Assembly: GCF_026210795.1 (NCBI RefSeq)
Contig: NC_089435.1
Span: forward strand, 248,001 to 312,000
From: Rhizophagus irregularis
Lineage: Eukaryota
Direction of reading: 5' to 3'
Length of the DNA: 64,000 nucleotides
The stretch's first letter is position 1, and each line of letters opens with the position of its first letter. This document shows, piece by piece, positions 15,229 through 28,435 of this stretch. Made by a program: the position numbers and the translations under genes. The notes under the pieces are model-generated. The model had not been told where the DNA came from. It saw only the letters and a list, made by a program, of their open reading frames with translations, and made no database searches.

Positions 15229-16673
15229 AAATAAGAAAGGATCGTCATTTGATTGAGATCATGGATTTCCCGAATGCTTAAAGAATGAAGGGTGTACATG
15301 CAAATCGTTATTGACTACATTAAACGAAACTGGCCATCTAACTTATTTGCATTAAAATCAATTTTCGATTTTAGCTGAATCGATTTAATTCTCAATGTGA
15401 TTTTAACAGTTGCTTTTATTACGGTAGATATTCAATAAGAATATAAAACTGTAAAATAACTATAATTTACGCAGTCGGTTAAAGAGACCGTCATATTATA
15501 CATTCAATAAAATTACTTATTGATTATTCAACTCATCAATTCATCTTCCTTCTTGATTATCTTGTGCAATTTTGAAAGCTATGTAAATTAGTGAAGAAAA
15601 AAATTATTAATGGTAGGCCTGTACATTGATTATTGGGTGACGAACTTGATCAGTTACGGATCCACAAAAAAGTAGAATTTTTGATCGCAATTTATAAATA
15701 AGAAAAAATGAAGGTGTTATTTGTAATTATGTTGATTACATTTTTGGACTGGTTAACGGATTTTGCGATCAAAATCCGAACAATCAGATATGAGTAAGTC
15801 CTAGTGTCGTAAAAATTTTACTTTTTAACATATAGGGTTGTAAAATTACTTTTGGGTTATGTAACTTAATTAATATATAGTGTGTTACGAGTAATGTTAC
15901 GAATAAAGTTAAGAGCCAACAATTATAATATTAAAAAAATAATTATAAATTATTATAAAGTGCTAAAATTTTATAGTGTATACATATTTTTCAAATTTTA
16001 AAAAAATTGTTAAAGAATTTTAATTAGTCCAAAAATTAATTAAGTAGAATATCTCAACAACAGGTAATTCAAATCACGCCAAATTATTTATATATTATAC
16101 ATTCATTCTATAAAATATAAAAAATTTTGTTCAATTTGAATCGCTAATTATAGCAAGAAATATTGACAACCAATGTACACAAAGTATAGTGGGACAATGG
16201 GTCGTGAACAGATCATGTAGTACGTCATTTATATCTTGATTTTAGTAATATAATCAAATCCAAAATAATTAACTACGGAGTATTCTAGTCTAGCCAAAAC
16301 CAGATGGAAAATTTTCATAATGTTGATCAACCTTTCCATTTTTCGTTCAACCAAAAAACGCCTATCGTACTAATATGTATATCTTTGTTTTTTTATGAAC
16401 AAGGACGTGCCTTTTAAGCGCGTCCATTCGACTGAATTGTTTTTCACAATATTGGCAAGGATAAGATTTCACGACCAAATGGATCCTTTTGTGCCGCTTG
16501 AGGTCGTGGTTCCTGTTGAAACCTAATATAAAAAAAAATTTTCGGTAAGTCTCTTAATTAGCAAAGATAAAAAATAAAATAAAAATGATTTGAGGGCACT
16601 GATCACATTTGAAAGGTCTGTCATATAAGGGTAATCTTGAATAACAACTCTTTGGAGGTCCACTATATGAGTA

Positions 16674-17101
16674 CAGTCGACTCTGGTTATAACGAACTTG
16701 TTTGTACCGAAACCTCGCTATACCGAATCATAATTTCCAGAACCGATTTTTTATAAATAATTTCACTGGATATAACGAACTTTTATAATAAAACACTATA
16801 TAACGCATCCGAACCAAACTTAACCAGCCCCTATATATCAGCTATATAATAACTTTATATTTTCTATAACGAACGGTCATGTGACTATATAGTAGTCCAG
16901 GCCAATTTTATAGTGCTGGCCAGAATTACTAGTAATTTTTTCGAAAATTTGTGTTAAAAGAAATTATAATTTTGGCCAGCATTACAAATTTGGCCTAAAT
17001 TACCTATAAAGAAAACTAGTTTGGTATATTATATAACGAATTCACTATATACCGAACTAAACCTCCTGGAACGGAAGGTTCGTTATATCCAGAGTTGACT
17101 G
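16674..17101. mobile_element. Tc1/mariner(pogo)-type MITE (428 bp)
   Basis: TIRs cagtcgactctggttataacgaac and gttcgttatatccagagttgactg; TA duplication on both sides. Confidence 0.88.
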
Positions 17102-17475
17102 TATGTCTGTTTTATTGGTGAAGTACTTTCAGAAGTAGTGTTAGAATTTTGTGAAATAGAAATTGTTGTTGAAACAGGAGTAGGAGTAGGAGTGGAAGTA
17201 GGAGTAGGTTTGGCCGTAAAAATTGTAGAAGGATCATATAATGGTACTAACATTGTTGAACCATTACTTGATTGATTACTAAATGTTGCATAAACAAATT
17301 TGGAGCTATACTGATAGGTAAATTTGTTGTAGCGTCTTGACGAGAAAAGTTATTGATAGATCTTGATATTTGATGATTATCATGATGTTGTGAATTATTG
17401 CCAATAGAGGAAGGAATCGAAGTTTGATAACATTTGATTTGGATTAAAATTATAACCTGAAATTAATTGATTTGT

Positions 17476-17620
17476 AATGATGTTGATGATGATGATGATG
17501 TTGTTGTTGTTGATGATGATGATGATGATGATGATGTTGTTGATGATGATGATGATGTTGTTGTTGATGATGATGATGATGTTGTTGTTGATGTTGATGA
17601 TGATGTTGTTGTTGAGTTGT
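17476..17620 (-). repeat. (CAT/CAA)n trinucleotide tract encoding poly-His/Gln
   Basis: gat/gtt triplet runs on the plus strand; translates as QQQHHHQHQQQHHHHH... Confidence 0.9.
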
Positions 17621-18481
17621 ATAAGCGTTACGAGAATTGATTGAGTAATTATTACCAATATGATTACCAGTATCCAAATTATTAGTTAATGTAATAGATT
17701 GAGTATTAGATGTTGGTAAAATTGAAGAAGGATAACCATAGAGTACTATTAGTAGCTGATGAAATCGCGATATAATTTCCTGAAGGTTCAACAAAAGGAG
17801 GGGAAGGTAAAATAGAAGTTTGTTGAACTGAGGAATCGTGAGAATATTGATGTTGATTAGAAAAAGCGGTAGCTGTCATATCGTTATATTGTCGCGAATT
17901 TTATTGTTGGGAAGTCGTAACGTTCGATTGAGGTGAGTTATTAATATTTATATCCTGGTCTGATAATTGAAATGTCATTGCAGCAATGAACGTCCAATTT
18001 GGTATTTCGAAAAAATTATTGACGCAAGAAGTTGATTGAGTAAGTTCACCTGGTAAATCGAAACCAAAAGATGCTTGAACAGGCGTAGTGGTAGAGATAG
18101 TAGCAGGTGTATTATTAGGAAAATATTGATCGTGAGGGAAATGAGGACGTTGCTGGTCAAGATTCACAGAATGTACAACATCAATCATATTGAAAAATGG
18201 AGAATTGGGGGAAAATTGAACAGTTTTTATGTACAATGAAGACTCTAAAAATTCAGATAATTAAATCTGAAACAATAATATCACTTAAAGAATAATCGTA
18301 AATCGATAGGGATGTGGGTCTTGAAAAAAAGTTACCATATGAAGGGTCCCTGCCTTCTTTTTTATATTTTAAAAAAAAAAATTTTTTTTTTATTTATTTC
18401 AGGTTTTTTTATTTTATGGGAATTTATATAAAGAGTATATTATAAATTTTTTGAACAATTAAAAAAAAAAAAAAAAGAAAG

Positions 18482-18704
18482 AAAATTTTTTTTTTTCCTG
18501 ACCTGGAATCACTTCCAATCAGAACTGTAGTTATTGACAAATGAATTTTAGTTTATTTATATAACCCCTTTTAATAAAAAATTTATATTGTATCAACTAT
18601 AAAATTTTTTTTTTTTCTGACCTGGAATCTCTTCCAATCAGAACTGTAGTTATTGACAAATGAATTTTAGTTTATTTATATAACCCCTTTTATAAAAAAT
18701 TTAT
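18482..18704. repeat. Tandem duplication of a ~120-bp unit
   Basis: Two near-identical copies of ctgacctggaatc..ttccaatcagaactgtagttattgacaaatg..aacccctttt. Confidence 0.85.
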
Positions 18705-18915
18705 AAAAATCGACGATCATTTTATTACCTGCATACAATATAAATAATATTGTATTTATTTATGAACGCCCTTTAAAAAAAGAAAATATGTTATACAACT
18801 CAAGGTACTATTGCATACTGTATAAAAAAAAATATAAATACATTTGATTTTTTCTTTTAAAAAAATTTAAAATTTTCACCAGTACAATATACAGTATAAA
18901 CTCAACAATTAGAAC

Positions 18916-19763
18916 ATGGATTATTCTAATTTATCAATAGGTCAAACTGGAAATAACTTCATTAATAATTCTAATGATATTGCTCCTGTGTCTCAAAATA
19001 ATACATTTGAATTTTATCTTCCTTTACCAAATGATACGCGTATTTACCATGTTATTTATACTGAATTAAATTCAACAGAAATCGCGCGACTCTTGAATAA
19101 TAGAATTGATTTATCTCATATTCCCAATCATCGACTTCCATATCATTATAATGTACAGTACAACATATAATTCGGCAACAAATCACCATTCCACAACAAT
19201 CTTTCGATACTATGGATGTTCAACCAATTTATCAAGAATATTCTGCTTGCGATGTATCTTTAATTCTTCCTATTCAACAACCTGTTGATTATCAACAAGA
19301 TACTATCCCACAACAATCTTTCGATACTATGGATATTCAACGTAATTTCCAAGAATATTCAGATGATAATACTAACGATGTATCTTCAATTCTTCCTATT
19401 CCTGTTGATTATAAACAAGACACCATCTCACAACAATTCTCCGATAATATAAAATTTGAATTTTATCTTCCTTTACCAAATGATGCACATGTCTATGTTA
19501 CTTATACCGAATTAAATTTAACGGAAATCGCGCAACTCTTAAATAATAGAATTGATTTATCCCACATTCCCGATCATCGACTTCCATATAATTATAAAGT
19601 ACAACATTTAATTTGTCAACAAATTGTTCAACAACCTGTTGATTATCAACAAGATGCCATCCCACAACAATCTTTCGAAGAATATTCAGATAATAGTACT
19701 AACGATGCATCTTCAGTTCCAAACAGTCCTGAAGACGGGTACAATTCAATTACATCAAAATAA
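18916..19763 (+). pseudogene. Gln-rich repeat gene, copy 2 (frameshift/stop near 19165; two conserved blocks)
   Basis: ORFs 18916-19170 and 19212-19763 are consecutive parts of one paralog. Confidence 0.75.
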
Positions 19764-20213
19764 CTAATGCTAAACCCAAATCATAATTTAAGATAAAACT
19801 GTGGTATTAAGCAAGCTTTTTTTTAAGAGTAGGTTTGATAGATTTATATATTATACTAGGAAACGGAAACCGTTGGGGGTCCGGAGTGAGAAAATTTTGT
19901 TAATTACTTTTGCAACATTTCGAATTTAAGGTTAGATAAGAAATGTAGTAATCATAAATATCAAATGTAATAATTGAATGTATACGTTAATAAAATTTGA
20001 GTATTATTTGTAAAATAAAATTTAAATAAGTATATCATACTATTATCATGTAATTAATTATTAACAATTGAAAATTGGTAAAAATAAATTCGTAAGAATA
20101 AATGCATAATTAACCGTTTTTTATCACTAATATTTATTCTAAATACGGTAATCTGGCGTGATGATCATATGCGATGTTCGATTAACAAAAGTAAAATACA
20201 AGCCACTATGGAG

Positions 20214-20650
20214 TAAGGTTGCCTGCCGAAACTAAAAAGGAAATTCCGAAAGGTTTCGGCCAATCAAATCAAATGCCGAAAATGCCGAAATTAGGCCGAA
20301 ACTCGGTCTTAATTTTGGCCAAAATTAAAATTCGGCCGAAATTATGATATTGTGTCACGTGACGTTACACAAATTTCCAAAAAAGGAAATTTTGTTTCCC
20401 AGTAAAATCGGAGAAATGTGTCACACAAATGTTACATAAATTTCCATAAAAGGAAATTTACATGTCGATCATTATTCCGGCCAGAATTATAGTATTAATG
20501 TTGGCCAATAATTTCGGCCAAATTTTGGCCTTTCGGTAAAAGTTTCGGCATTGTATAATTTCGGCAAATTTACTTTTAATTGCCTAAACTTTCGGTTTTA
20601 AAAAAGTTTCGGCCTTGGCCTAAACTACTTGATTTCGGCAAGCAACCTTA
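20214..20650. mobile_element. hAT-type MITE nested in the Helitron 5' region (437 bp)
   Basis: TIRs taaggttgcctgccgaaa and tttcggcaagcaacctta; 8-bp TSD ctatggag at 20206-20213 and 20651-20658; many internal gccgaa/ttcggc motifs. Confidence 0.88.
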
Positions 20651-20677
20651 CTATGGAGTTTCTCTATAGCATGCATA

Positions 20678-23600
20678 ATGGATAATAAATTCATAAGCCG
20701 AGACACACTTCGAAAGCGTAAAGCTAGAGAGAATGAAACATCTAGTCAACGTGAAACACGCCTTGCAAAGCAACGTGAAATTACGCGGCAAAAAAGAGCA
20801 AGGGAAAATGCAAATGCTGAAGAGCGAGAGGCGCGTGATGCACGTGACAAAGAACGAAAACGCGTAAAGTTAGCAACAGAAACGGACGAACAACGTGAAA
20901 AATGTCTTAGTTACTACCGTGAACGAAGAAAATACCTGAAAAATATTCAAAATACAACGGCCCAAGACTTGAATTCGCAACAAAAAAATCCGCAGCAAAA
21001 GTATCAAGATAGTGGCGCGGACGGCGCAGAAGATGACGGCGCAGAAGATGGCGCAGACACACATACCGATGCTGGTGTACTTGGTGAATTCGAGCGAGAT
21101 TTTCTAAAGAAATTTCGTAACAAAGTTAATAAATTTAAACATTCGCTCTGCACGACGTGCAATGAAAATTTTCCATCAATTGTAATTATAAGGGGGAATG
21201 CCGATGTTGCCATAAAGAAAAGCAGCCAAAAAAATTTTCGAAAGATAACAATATGGACCCAGGCGAAGTACCTGATGAACTTCGTGATCTCACAGAAATT
21301 AAGGAAATGTTGGTTGCGCGAGTATTTCCCGTGATGTCGGTTTATAGACTTCGTGGAGGTCAGCATGGATATCGAGGAAACGTAATCAACTTTCCTCAAG
21401 ATGTCCAAGAATTTGCTTCAAAGCTTCCTAGGCATCCATCGTTATTAGATGTGCTTGTCATATGTCGTCAATCTGCGAGCAATGCGGAAGCGTTTAGGGA
21501 TTTCAAAGTTTGTCGTGATAAGGTCACTCAAGCGTTAATCTGGTTAAAACAAAATAATCGTTACTACGCTGACGTAATCATCGATCATGAAATTCTCCAG
21601 TCTCTGCCAATTGATGGCACAATTGATGACCAACTTCAAGATATTAATGAAGATATTGATTACGACGAAAGTGAGGATGACGTTATTACACGTACCTTCG
21701 TTCCACTTCCACCCTCAGCCAATCGTAAAGATACTGCTATTAGAAACACACTCGATCGAATACAAAATGAAAATCATCACATAATGTGGCCACAAATAAA
21801 TGGAAATCCTGTTAACGAATTCCAGACGTCAGGGTATATAGCATGCGCATTCCTAACCTTATACCCGACTGGAAGTGCAGACCTTCGCGCAGAACGTATT
21901 AGAGATATAAAGCCTGCCGAGTATTTCAGGTACCTTCTTCAATACAAGGACGGAAGATTTGCGCGTTATGCTCGTTGGCGGTATTTCACATTGAATTCCC
22001 AAATGCGTTGGCGGGCACTACAAGAAGGAAAGGTGTACGTTAAGCAAAATCTTACCGATGCGCAAATTACCGTTACAGATATTCAGGAAAGAATTACCCA
22101 AGGCGATAACTATATGGCCAATAGAATCATGCGATTTGGAGAAGGTTTACGTGGATCTCATCAATTTTGGTATGCTCGATGCAATGAATTAAATGATATG
22201 ATTAAGCAGATAGGACCGGATGGCTTAATCTTTTTTACGTTTAGTGCCGCCGATTTGCATTGGCCTGAGCTCCATTAGCTTATGCCATCTAACAGTAATC
22301 GTGAAACTTCAGCCAAACGCTATCACCAAAATATCGTGGATAATCCTCATATCGCGGACTGGTTTTTTCATAAGCGATTTGAAATTTTCTTTAATGACGT
22401 CTTAAAGAAACAATAGGATTTGGAAGATTGGTGGTTTAGGTTCGAATGGCAACATCGCGGCAGTGTTCACCACTGGTAAAAAAATGATTTATCCTACACA
22501 TATCTTACACATATTGGGTACTCAAAATGTAAAAAATCATACACAAATAATACACATATCATACACATATCGGGTACTAATATATATATCATACATATAT
22601 CAGGTACCTGATAGGTATACTATATATATAAATACCCGATATGTGTATGATATGTGTATTATTTGTGTATGATTTTCTACATTTTGAGTACCTGATATAT
22701 GTAAGATATATGTAGGATATGTGTAGGATAGACCATTTTTTTACCAGTGGCACGTGCATGGAATCGGAAAAAGAAAAAATGCACCTACAATAGAATGGAA
22801 GCATATGAAGGAAGATGAGAACAAAATGAATGAAATTATACAATATCTTGACAGTCTCGTTACCACAATAAATCCAGGACTCGATATGCCTGTTCCTAAA
22901 TGGCATCCGTGCCAAAAGAAAAGCAATGAATTAAATGATGACCAGCAAGACTACATCGACTTGATTAATAAATTGCAACGACATACCTGATGTAGTCCTG
23001 CGTACTGTCTTCGTATCAACCGAGAAGGACAACAAATTTGCCGGTTTAGATATCCTAAAGAAATTGTTGAAAGAACATTCGTGCAAGATGATAACAATGG
23101 ACAACCGGAGCTTGTAACGAGAAGGAACGATCAATACATAAATTCACATAGTCGACTTCAATTACAGGGTTGGAGGGCTAATGTGGATTTAAAGCCAATC
23201 CTTAGTATACATGCTGCGCTGCAATACGTTGCAAAATATGCAAGCAAAGCAGAACCGCGATCGTCAGCCTTTTCGGACGTATTAAATCGAATCCTTAGTG
23301 AAAGTCAGCCAGAAGATACGTTACTTGCTCCGGCCCAAAAGCTTTTATTACATAGTGTTGCGGAACAGGACATCTCTGCCCAAGAAACCTGCCATATTCT
23401 TCTCGGCCTTCCTCTTTACCATTCAAGTCAGCAATTTGTCTTCTTGAATCTTAACAAAGAAGCACCAAGATGGATTTGTGGTACTGGGGAAAGTGAAGAA
23501 TCTTATTCTGTTAATAATGATTCGGGGCGAACGGAGAAATCACCTTTGAAAATATATTGGGATCGACCTACCGAACTTGAAGATTTTACACTATTCCGGC

Positions 23601-25566
23601 TTTACTTGACACACAAGTTGGTTAAAGGTCGATGGAAAGAGTGTCAACAGGAAAATGTTGTGCGTGTCTTTCCACATCCATCATCCTTACGCGAGGGTCC
23701 TCAATGGGAGGAGTTTTGCCGAGTGAAGGTTCTTCTTCACGTTAGACACCGAGATCAAGATTTAACCGAAGACGGAACTATTGCATGGTCATCTTTGTAC
23801 AACGATTATATCGAAGAGATCAATGCTGATCCAATTGATCTACTTGGGTCATCTATAGACGATGAAGAAAGCGAAATAAACGATGAAGAAAAACTATTTG
23901 AAGAAGATGATAATGAACAAGACGAACATCGACCTGACTGGATGTTTCTTGCTGAGATGGGCCCAAAACCAAATTTCGATTGCTCTTTCGATCTAGGTTC
24001 ACGAGACATAGATCGGAACCATGACTGGATTAACGATCCGAGGGAACGATATACGGACCTCGTGGATATTGATACGTTTTTAAGTAGAAATCCTAAGATT
24101 GGTGAAGAAGAAAACGTATTAATGGATTATCAAACATTAAATGTTAATCAAAAAATTGTTTTCGAGCGAATAGAATCACATTATCACAATACGCTTGAGG
24201 GACGTCAAGATGAACCTTTAAGGATCATTGTGATGGGAACTGCTGGGACTGGTAAGACCTATCTAATAGAAGCAATCCAATGCAGGCTTCGAGAAATGGC
24301 AGGAGGACCTAAGTCACCTATAGCAGTGCTCGCTCCGACAGGAGTTGCAGCCTTCAACATTGAAGGTATAACGATTCATTCAGGGCTATCAATTCCGATA
24401 GTTAATGACGCAAACTGTTTTGATATAAGCGGAGAACGGCTGAAGCAACTACAAGATAAATTAAAAGATGTAAGTTACGTAATAATTGACAAGAAGAGTA
24501 TGGTTGGTCGTCGAATGCTTGCTATAATTGATAAGCGGCTCCGACAAGCTTTTCCTGAACATAATAACGAACCATTTGGTGGCAGGTCGATTATTTTGTT
24601 CGGTGACTTCGGCCAACTTCCACCTGTCCTTGATCTTCCTATGTATGCTGATACAAAACGAGGTTCATTATCTAATAGTGGTATTGTGGCATACAAGCAG
24701 TTCAAAGAAGCGTATAAGCTTGAAATTGCACAGCGCCAATCCAGAAATTCTAAAGAGCAACAAAACTTTAGAAATATTCTCTTAAGACTGCGTAATGGAG
24801 AATCTACTATAGATGATTGGAAAATTCTTACCACACGAATTGAAGACAAGCTCAGTATAATAGAACGTAGTAGATTCTCTGACGCTTTGTTCATTCTAAC
24901 AAAGTGGTCCGAAGTCAACGCGGTAAATATAGATCGACTTCGATCTTTGGATGCTCCTGTTGCCAAAATCCAAGCTATACATACAGGTGGAAAAGAAGCT
25001 AAAAAAGCTGACTCAGATACAGCGCATGGTCTCGGAGCATATATATTGCTGGCGAGAGGCGCAAGAGTCATGTTAACGGCAAACTTACAGACAGACGCTG
25101 GGCTAGTCAATGGTTCAATGGGAACTGTCCAAGACATAATATTCAAAGAAGATCAGGGTCCCCCTTCACTCCCTATTGCGGTCTTGATCTCTTTCGATAA
25201 TTATAAAGGTCCCACCATTACTAGCTTAGAGGGTAAAAGAGTTGTACCAATTGTACCAATTAGACGTACCTGGAATGGTAAATCTGGAGCTCCTTGTTCG
25301 CGCTTACAAATTCCAGTTCGTCTTGCGTGGGCAATTACGGTGCATAAAAGTCAGGGTCTTACATTACAAAAGGCTACAATAGACCTTGGTGATAAAGAGT
25401 TTATCGCAGGTCTTGCTTTTGTGGCAGTGTCTCGGGTACGCGCCCTTGAAGATCTTCTCTTCAAACCGTTCAATTTCGAGAGACTTTAGCGTATTAAAGA
25501 ATGCACAAGATTAAAAGAAAGATTAGCCGAAGAGAAACGTTTAGTTTCCATGATGCCAGGAAACTG
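20678..25566 (+). pseudogene. Helitron Rep (HUH endonuclease)-PIF1 helicase fusion, disrupted
   Basis: Rep motifs FFTFSAAD, EWQHRGSVH|VH and YVAKYASK. PIF1 motifs GTAGTGKT, APTGVAA, FGDFGQLPPV, GLVNGSMG, RLQIPVRLAWAITVHKSQGLTL and VAVSRV. Frameshift near 21190; stops at 22276, 22414, 22988 and 25487. Confidence 0.93.
22471..22749. mobile_element. CACTA-type MITE (279 bp), copy 1
   Basis: TIRs cactggtaaaaaaatg and catttttttaccagtg; largely palindromic; cac duplicated (with 1 extra nt); near-identical to 44290-44568. Confidence 0.9.
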
Positions 25567-26169
25567 AATTTAATAATAGATCTAACAATAAAAAAACAAA
25601 AAAACTGAAGGTATTTTTGATAAAAACATTTTATTATGTCTAATATTATATTTAACGCGCGTTTGTGTTGTAAATAAAATACATTATTTTATTTCTACGA
25701 ATCTAACTAAAGTTTCTAATTCTACAAAACATTTTAAATTTTTTTTTCACTTTTTTTTTTGCAGTATATCTTGTAACACTATTCTTGTAACGCAGTATAT
25801 TTTGTAACACTAACACAGTACTAACACTAGCTTATCTTGTTTATCAGGTTTGTTTATCTATGTAGCACAAAGAATCAGCCGACGTGACGCGTGCGGACAA
25901 ACGGACATCGCCACGTGATCCAATATGTCATTAAGGTTCATAAACATATATAGTCCTTCGCTTCGCTCCGGACAATTATTATTATTATTATTTTATACCA
26001 ACAGTCCATTTCCAATATTATTCGAAAATATTTTTTTTTTAATTCAAATATACAACATGTTACATGCTATGATAATCTATTTTAAGAATAATTATTTGAG
26101 ATTAAACGGACGTCTATTTATTACATTTAATTTTCATTTCGGTAATTAAGTTCAAAGAGTATAAGGAAT

Positions 26170-27800
26170 AAATAGGCATGATAGAATTTTATAAGCTCAA
26201 ATAATGTTTAAATTTTCAGTGGATACATAAAAGTGGTTCTTGTCATACTTCGGGATTATTATTATTTTTTTCATAAAAATAAGTGCCTTATCTATCCTAT
26301 ATCTAAATTTCTTTAAAAAAATAAAATAAAATACTTTTCTTTGAGTATTAAAATTAACACATGATCAAAGCGTTTAAAGATTTTAACAAAATTCCTCGTT
26401 TAAAAAAAAAGTAGATTTAATGTATTCAATAAGATTTCCTTTTATTTATCATTCTGCTAATTATTATATACAAATAACGTAAAGATAAAAACCATGATTG
26501 ATCGAAGAAATTAAAAGAGTATTTTTTAAGTTTAAATGTATAATTGTATAAATCACACTCCATTTAGATAATACATATTATTAAACAAGATTTTCTGATA
26601 ATGGAATTTTTTGTCTTTACGTTTGTTCTGTGAATTGTAAAAACAACTATACTTAAATGTTTTCTTTGAGCAAAGCAAAGTTTTAGCACCGATTAAAGAA
26701 GTAATATCAAGTTTTTGTTGATTATCTACGTTGATTATCTACAAAGTTTTACAAAATACATTTTTTAACAGAACTTTGGCGAGAAACTTTAATAGGGAAG
26801 GTTATGAAGTTAATCCAATTGTATTAAAAAGTTTATATCAATTTATACAAGAGAAAAATACCCCTATAAAAATTTTATCCGTTATTTCTGTAAAAACTCC
26901 GTAAAAATGAGCCTTTCACGGATCAACTCATGAAAAATGTAAAAATTCCGTGATATAAGGTTATTGATTCCAGAAATATGAGCCTTTTACGAAAAAAGAT
27001 GGAATATAAAAAACGGATCGACTTTTTTGCAGGTACACTTTATTTCAACAAGAATGTTAAGATGGAATATCTCTTATAGTAACATACAAATAAAAATGTA
27101 AAATTTTCTTAATTATAGGAAAATAATTATACTCACTTTAATTTAAGTGATTTAAGATTTTCTTCAAGTTAGTACCAACTTTAGGAGCAGCTTTTTGTTG
27201 GAGCCAATTCGTAGCAACCTATATATTAGGAAAAAAACACTTGTTAATATTCAATTATTGAAAGAATTAAAATCTATAGTTTTAAAAGGTTGAATACCTG
27301 AACAGGAAATCTACCAATCTCTTTTGAAATGGCAATGACTTCCAATTTTTTCAACTTTGAATGATTTGCAACTGATTCATCGCGACTTTCAAATTTTGCT
27401 GATTCTCTCGTGTATTTTCGGTAAGAAAACTACTATAAAAATAATTAATACACTAGTTATCTTTAATATTAAAAAAAGCATCAATAATTAATAATTACCC
27501 TTCGCCGAAGATACCACCATGGAATACTTAAAAGTTTATAAAAAATATAGATTTAGTATCCATAATTCAAATAGAGTATAATTTTGTAATACACACAAGT
27601 TCGGCATAAGCAGGTTGTAAGTCAAATTCTAATGACCAAAAAACTATAACGCATTTAAGGAACTAAACACGATTGATGAAAATGTGTTAACTTGAAGTTC
27701 ATCTTTACAAACTAGAATTAATTTTATTTCGTACCTTCATGACTCCCATCCACAATGTATTAGCATTAGATGGAAAGTTTCTTGCAGCAACGTATAATCC
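26170..27800 (-). pseudogene. Decayed multi-exon gene of unknown family, copy B
   Basis: Colinear with copies A, C and D. Exon-like blocks (e.g. SLEFDLQPAYAEL, RESAKFESRDESVANHSKVEK) bounded by GT/AG. Confidence 0.5.
26862..27033. mobile_element. CCC-terminated MITE with 3-bp TSD
   Basis: ccctataaaaattttatccg ... cggatcgacttttttgcagg; TSD tac; close copy of 38037-38199. Confidence 0.8.
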
Positions 27801-28249
27801 TATTTTTTTTTTTTTTTAATAGTAATATTTAGAAAAATTGTTTGAGCAAATACTATAAAAGTAATGGTTATACTACAAAATAATATAGTTTATTTACTTT
27901 TCAATTTAAAATGACGACATCTAATCTTGTCATGAATTTCTTCAATACAGCTTTTATTAATAATTATCGCATACTTAATAAAAATATCATTATATTAACT
28001 TGAATTTCACTGTAAAGATCGTCTAAAAAATTAAGAAAAATTCATGCTGTGACTGGTATAATATATAATCTGATGTGACACCAATTTTGTGAATCAGAGA
28101 TTGAAACGTCTCAAGCTGATAATCTCATAATAAATAGAAGACCAGCATGCATTTACTATCTTTTAAAGATCTTCAGTCAAAACCCGATCTTCCTACTGTA
28201 TGCACCGATAATTTCCTATGCCGATAAATTTTCATTGATTTCACAATTA

Positions 28250-28435
28250 CAGCTGATTTCAAAAAGGTCGGAAACTTAACAAATTTTAAAGAACTTGGAA
28301 ATATTCGGTAAAGTTTGACAAAAAATAAAAATTATACGTTAATTTTGGAGTACTATTAGAACGGTGGTATAATTTTATCTTATTTTGAGCTTTACCGAAT
28401 ATTTCCGAGTTCTTTAAAATTTGCTAAATCAGCTG
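28250..28435. mobile_element. Tc1/mariner-like foldback MITE
   Basis: cagctgattt and aaatcagctg termini flanked by TA; long internal inverted repeat (aaattttaaagaacttggaaatattcggtaaag and its complement). Confidence 0.7.

Larger units (their letters stand above)
16362..18236 (-). pseudogene. C2H2 zinc-finger transcription factor pseudogene with Gln/His-rich N-terminal region
   Basis: Minus strand reads RPFKCDQCPQ, then an intron remnant, then FNRNHDLKRHKRIHLVVKSYPCQYCEKQFSRMDALKRHVLVH. Interrupted by a MITE, in-frame stops and frameshifts, and a lost splice donor. Confidence 0.85.
19855..25976 (+). mobile_element. Helitron (Helitron2/Helentron-like termini), full length but inactivated
   Basis: RepHel coding region and higher GC than the flanks. 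Left end has hairpin aacgg-aaa-ccgtt plus gtccggagtgag; right end has cttcgctccggac, an imperfect inverted copy. Flanks resume the paralogous cassette sequence. Ends approximate. Confidence 0.88.

Noticed and set aside
24475..25146. 223-aa minus-strand ORF (also 21004-21408 and 23806-24009)
   Set aside because: Antisense shadows of the Helitron RepHel frame.
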